A stretch of DNA of 49,493 nucleotides from an uncultured bacterium (lineage in GTDB: Bacteria > Bacillota_I > Bacilli_A > RF39 > UBA660). Position 1 is the first letter of the stretch. Each line of letters begins with the position of its first letter. Shown one piece after another: positions 46,169 to 49,493 of the stretch. The DNA is taken from the NCBI GenBank assembly GCA_937863745.1, contig CALMHN010000068.1:1-49493 (forward strand). Reading direction: 5' to 3'. The position numbers and the translations under genes were made by a program. The notes under the pieces were generated by a model, which saw only the letters and a program-made list of their open reading frames with translations, had not been told where the DNA came from and did not search any database.

Positions 46169-46962
46169 GATTATATTTTAATTTGTTTAAAAATAAATTG
46201 ATCACTAATATAAGTTATAGAATGTCAGCTATTGCTGGAATTCTTACTCAATTCTTTTTTGGATTTGTATTTATATCTGTTTACGTTGCTTTCTTTGAAT
46301 CTGGTAATTCTGATTTAGATTTGCATAAAATAGTTTCATATATATGGTTAAATCAAGCTTTTTATGGATTAACATATATTATGCTTAAAGATAATGATTT
46401 TGTATCAATGATCAAAAATGGAAATATTGCGTATGAGTTATGCAAGCCTATTAACTTTTTTAAGAAATGGTTTTCGACATTTTATGGTATAAGAGTAGCT
46501 AATGTATTATTGAAGTTTTTGCCAATTATATGTATTGCTATGTTGTTACCTTATCCATATAAATTAGAAGCACCTGTTAGTATTATGGGTTTTGCTTTGT
46601 TTGTTGTATCATTGATAATTTCTAGTTTTTTAGTAACAGGTATAGCTTATATTTTTCATATCCTTATATTTTTTACTTTGGATGATCGTGGAATCATTAA
46701 TATATTTCAGGTATTAGGTGAAATATTTTCTGGTGGCTCTATTCCTCTTTATTTGTTCCCTGGTTTTTTACAAACTATAGCTTATGCGTTACCTTTTAGG
46801 TATATAAGTGATTTACCTTATAATTTATATACTGGTTATTTTTCTATTAATGAAGGTATTAGTCTTATTACATGTAGTATTATTTGGTTAGTTGTTATTG
46901 TCATTATAGGAAACATTCTTACTAAGTTAGCGCTTAATAAGTCTGTAATACAAGGAGGGTAG
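46165..46962 (+). CDS. ABC-2-type transporter permease
   Basis: 265 aa polytopic membrane protein, translationally coupled (ATGA) to the ATPase gene. Confidence 0.7.
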   Translation: MRLYFNLFKNKLITNISYRMSAIAGILTQFFFGFVFISVYVAFFESGNSDLDLHKIVSYIWLNQAFYGLTYIMLKDNDFVSMIKNGNIAYELCKPINFFKKWFSTFYGIRVANVLLKFLPIICIAMLLPYPYKLEAPVSIMGFALFVVSLIISSFLVTGIAYIFHILIFFTLDDRGIINIFQVLGEIFSGGSIPLYLFPGFLQTIAYALPFRYISDLPYNLYTGYFSINEGISLITCSIIWLVVIVIIGNILTKLALNKSVIQGG

Positions 46963-46963
46963 G

Positions 46964-47740
46964 ATGGATTTATATTTTAAGGCTTTAGGTATGCATATAA
47001 AGACAAGCTGTGAATATAAGTTATCTAGTATAATTAATTTTATAGCTCAGTTCTTTGTTATGTTTTCTGATTATTTTATTATTATTGCTTTGTTTTCCAA
47101 ATTTGGAAATATTAAAGGATTTACTTTATACGAAATATTACTATGTTATTCTATTATCCAATTGGGATATTCTATTAATGATGTTTTCTTTAAGGGACTT
47201 GATGATTTTTCAGACATAATTATAAATGGAATGTTTGATAGACTTCTTGTTAGACCAAGATCATTACTTATACAAATTCTAGCATCTAAAGTTTCTTTAG
47301 TAAGGACCTCTAGAATAATTCAGTGTATTGGTATAATGATTTATTCAATTATTAATTTAGATTTGGAATTGAATTTAATTAAGGTTATCGTTTTATTATT
47401 AATGATTATTGGTAGTGTTGTTATATTTTTCTCCATATTATTGTTAATGAGTGGTCTTTCATTTTTTACTGTTCAGGGTTTAGAAATTAAGAGTTTATTT
47501 ACTTATGGTGGTAAACAAATTGCTCAATATCCAATTGCTATATTTAAAAAATACATAGTATTATTTTTCACCTTTGTTATTCCATATGGATTAGTTAATT
47601 ATTATCCTTATTTATATTTCTTGGGTAGAAATGATAATGTATTTTATGCTTTTGCCCCTTTGGGGACATTAATTTTTTTAGGAATATCATTAGTTGTATT
47701 TAAGTTAAGTTCGAATAAGTACGTTAGCACAGGTTCATAA
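46964..47740 (+). CDS. ABC-2-type transporter permease (second subunit)
   Basis: 258 aa polytopic membrane protein, immediately downstream of the first permease. Confidence 0.7.
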   Translation: MDLYFKALGMHIKTSCEYKLSSIINFIAQFFVMFSDYFIIIALFSKFGNIKGFTLYEILLCYSIIQLGYSINDVFFKGLDDFSDIIINGMFDRLLVRPRSLLIQILASKVSLVRTSRIIQCIGIMIYSIINLDLELNLIKVIVLLLMIIGSVVIFFSILLLMSGLSFFTVQGLEIKSLFTYGGKQIAQYPIAIFKKYIVLFFTFVIPYGLVNYYPYLYFLGRNDNVFYAFAPLGTLIFLGISLVVFKLSSNKYVSTGS

Positions 47741-47830
47741 AATATTTTAATTCAATAATATTGAAATAGATTATAAGTTCAAATTTTTTGTATCGATTAT
47801 TGGATGTGCTATAATATTTATGGTGATATT

Positions 47831-48277
47831 ATGAATTATCAAATTAGAAAATTAAACATTAATGATGCCGAGAGCGCTATCCAATTATGTTCTAAGGAAT
47901 ATCAATTACATGAAGCAAAAGATTATGCCATGGAGCATAGAAATTGGGTTCCTACCAGTGAATTGTTGCTTGATGAAAATATATCTTATGGGGCATTTAT
48001 TGATAATAGACTTGTTGGATTTATTACTATGGCAGATAATTTTATAAGATTATTATATGTAGATGATGATTTTCATGGTTTGGGTATTGGTACTTCACTT
48101 ATTAATGAAGTTTGCTCTACTATTGATTTAGATTATATATCTACATGTTCTACGTTATATGCTCATGATTTTTATAAGAAATTGGGATTTGTTGATACTC
48201 ATGGATTGGTTAATGATGAACGTGGCTATGTCTATTATCCAATGGAAAAAAATGTGAGAGTTGACGTTAGAAAATAA
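47831..48277 (+). CDS. GNAT-family N-acetyltransferase
   Basis: RLLYVDDDFHGLGIGTSLI (acetyl-CoA binding motif A). Start set at 47831. TGCTATAAT extended -10 upstream. Confidence 0.8.
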   Translation: MNYQIRKLNINDAESAIQLCSKEYQLHEAKDYAMEHRNWVPTSELLLDENISYGAFIDNRLVGFITMADNFIRLLYVDDDFHGLGIGTSLINEVCSTIDLDYISTCSTLYAHDFYKKLGFVDTHGLVNDERGYVYYPMEKNVRVDVRK

Positions 48278-48329
48278 GTGTTAATTTGTAATAATTATTT
48301 TGTTATTAATTATTATTGAAGATGTAACA

Positions 48330-48355
48330 GGTGCATAGAAATATGCATCTTTTTT
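48330..48355 (+). terminator. intrinsic terminator (copy 2 of the repeated hairpin)
   Basis: GGTGCATA-GAAA-TATGCATC followed by TTTTTT. Shares the 17-mer TGCATAGAAATATGCAT with 45015-45031. Confidence 0.6.
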
Positions 48356-48358
48356 ATA

Positions 48359-48387
48359 TTGAAAAAAAGGTTATATAACCTTATACT
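48359..48387 (+). promoter_or_regulatory. promoter of the CDF transporter gene with a 16-bp palindrome in the spacer
   Basis: TTGAAA-17 bp-TATACT. The spacer contains the perfect palindrome AAGGTTATATAACCTT (48367-48382). Confidence 0.5.
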
Positions 48388-48415
48388 TGATATATATTGC
48401 AAGATGGTGAGTTTT

Positions 48416-49297
48416 ATGGAAAGATATGAAAAAATTAAGAAAGCTAGCATTTTAGGCATTGTTGGGAATGTCTTTTTACTTGTTATAAAAGCTATAGTTG
48501 GTTTTATGACGCATAGTCAATCTATGATTGCTGATGCTTCTAATAGTGCTGGTGATATTTTTTCGTCTTTAATGACTTTTATAGGAAATAGAATATCTAG
48601 TAGGCCACGTGATAAGGATCATAATCTAGGTCATGGGAAAGCTGATTATGTTTACTCAATGTTAATAAGTTTAGTAATGATGGTAATGTGCTATGACGTT
48701 TGTAAAGGAGCCATTAAATCTTTAATTGTTAAAGGTGAATACGAGTTTTCCTTTTGGTTAATTGTTGTATGTTTTACCACTATTGCTGTGAAATTCGGTT
48801 TATTTCTTTATACGCATTATCTATCTAAAAAGTACAATAGTATATTAATTGAAGCTAATGCTATGGATCATCGTAATGATTGTATTATTACAACATGTAA
48901 CTTGATAGCTAATATTTGTGCTTTAAATGGTATTTATTTCATTGATGGTATTGTTGGTATAGGAATATCAGTTTGGATATTTATCACGGCTGTAGATATA
49001 TTTAAAAAGAGTTATGATGTATTAATGGATAAGTCTGTTTCTAAAGAAACTAAAGAAAAGGTTTATCGTATTATTAATAGTCATGAAGAGATAAAAAAGG
49101 TTAAACATTTTAATTCAACACCTGTAGGTTATAGATATCAAGTATCTTTTACCATTTATGTAGATGGTTCTATGTCTACTTATGATAGTCATAAGATTGC
49201 TGATGATTTAGAAAAAGAAATAGCAGAGAAAGTTGAAGAAATATATTTAACAGTAATACATGTTAATCCAATTAAATTAGAAAAAGATATAAAATAA
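48416..49297 (+). CDS. cation diffusion facilitator family transporter
   Basis: Six TM segments, TM2 motif HSQSMIADASNSAGD, HRND, and a C-terminal cytoplasmic domain. Start set at the ATG at 48416; the track uses an upstream TTG. Confidence 0.85.
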   Translation: MERYEKIKKASILGIVGNVFLLVIKAIVGFMTHSQSMIADASNSAGDIFSSLMTFIGNRISSRPRDKDHNLGHGKADYVYSMLISLVMMVMCYDVCKGAIKSLIVKGEYEFSFWLIVVCFTTIAVKFGLFLYTHYLSKKYNSILIEANAMDHRNDCIITTCNLIANICALNGIYFIDGIVGIGISVWIFITAVDIFKKSYDVLMDKSVSKETKEKVYRIINSHEEIKKVKHFNSTPVGYRYQVSFTIYVDGSMSTYDSHKIADDLEKEIAEKVEEIYLTVIHVNPIKLEKDIK

Positions 49298-49382
49298 ATG
49301 TTAAGGATAGTAATCAACTATCTTTTAATTTGTTTTAAATACTCAATATTGGTATACTATTAAAAGAATAAAGGGTGATTCT

Positions 49383-49493
49383 ATGATAAAGAATATTATA
49401 TTTGATATGGGAAATGTCTTGTTAAGGTATGATGAGAAAGAAATTAGTAGTTACTATGCTCATACACCTGAGGAGTTTGCTTTTATTCATGAT
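49383..49493 (+). CDS. HAD-superfamily hydrolase, N-terminal 37 codons (runs off the right edge)
   Basis: Hand translation MIKNIIFDMGNVLLRYDEKEISSYYAHTPEEFAFIHD. HAD motif I-like FDMGNVL. GGGTGA RBS. Confidence 0.55.
   Translation, partial: MIKNIIFDMGNVLLRYDEKEISSYYAHTPEEFAFIHD

Noticed and set aside
6207-48047. Short ORFs antisense to or nested in annotated genes (6207-6410, 10466-10666, 11188-11403, 12767-12997, 13061-13279, 14126-14410, 16801-17157, 18379-18561, 19778-20086, 20910-21326, 23702-23959, 24122-24322, 28559-28849, 35080-35346, 36203-36415, 37175-37384, 37407-37604, 37601-37885, 38224-38409, 42173-42442, 43617-43856, 45826-46017, 47862-48047)
   Set aside because: Each overlaps a longer gene with clear homology on the other strand or frame. 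They show low-complexity, AT-biased composition (I/L/F/S-rich), no RBS and no recognisable motif.
11906-48415. Longest-ORF N-terminal extensions in the track (holB to 11953, gyrB to 21030, rnpA from 25879, yidC from 26216, mnmE from 27819, mnmG from 29195, ORF from 32866, DUF262 from 41466, GNAT from 47804, CDF from TTG 48359; also 3D-domain gene to 5034)
   Set aside because: Internal ATGs preceded by good Shine-Dalgarno sequences give N-termini matching the conserved family starts and remove long overlaps with the upstream genes.
1-49493. Mobile elements, rRNA/tRNA genes, CRISPR-Cas, toxin-antitoxin pairs
   Set aside because: No transposase or integrase-like ORFs, no tRNA cloverleaf candidates apart from the tRNA-like ends of tmRNA, no rRNA-like GC-rich blocks, and no small adjacent ORF pairs typical of TA modules were found on reading both strands.

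Overview
AT-rich, low-GC Bacillota-type chromosomal origin region (standard genetic code; taxon not determinable from sequence alone). Gene orientation flips at about 25.4-25.7 kb. To the left everything runs on the minus strand (dnaA-dnaN-comK-like-recF-gyrB-gyrA ... tadA-dnaX-ybaB-recR-holB-yaaT-yabB-pth-mfd-tatD-yabE-like-ksgA-spoVG-divIC-ssrA). To the right genes run on the plus strand (rpmH-rnpA-yidC-jag-mnmE-mnmG-rsmG-noc-like ... rpoE-prfA-prmC-murA-rpmE-rpiB-recG). DnaA-box clusters flank dnaA, so this is oriC. Most of the window is conserved housekeeping. The standout is the 1.4-kb gene-free interval between the gyrA terminator and the SRP-RNA promoter (15039-16412). It is a tandem array of seven modules, each carrying a perfect 16-bp consensus parS (TGTTTCACGTGAAACA). 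Each parS lies exactly 14 bp after a second dyad (ACGTAWWTACGT) and, in six of seven modules, abuts a DnaA-box-like 9-mer. Five modules end in a GC-rich hairpin. The only ParB-family gene in the canonical rsmG-adjacent slot looks Noc-type, not Spo0J-type, in its DNA-specificity residues. It has no ParA or Spo0J neighbour and no N-terminal amphipathic helix. A perfect Noc-binding-site palindrome sits inside dnaX. Other points are two small promoter-to-terminator units with C-rich single-stranded stretches flanking recG, and a GmrSD-like DUF262/DUF1524 gene convergent with a head-on DUF2130 nuclease-like gene. There is also a ComK-like gene between dnaN and recF, an ATP-grasp gene in the rpmE-rpiB neighbourhood, tmRNA, and a small SRP RNA. 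No transposase, integrase, CRISPR, rRNA or tRNA was seen.
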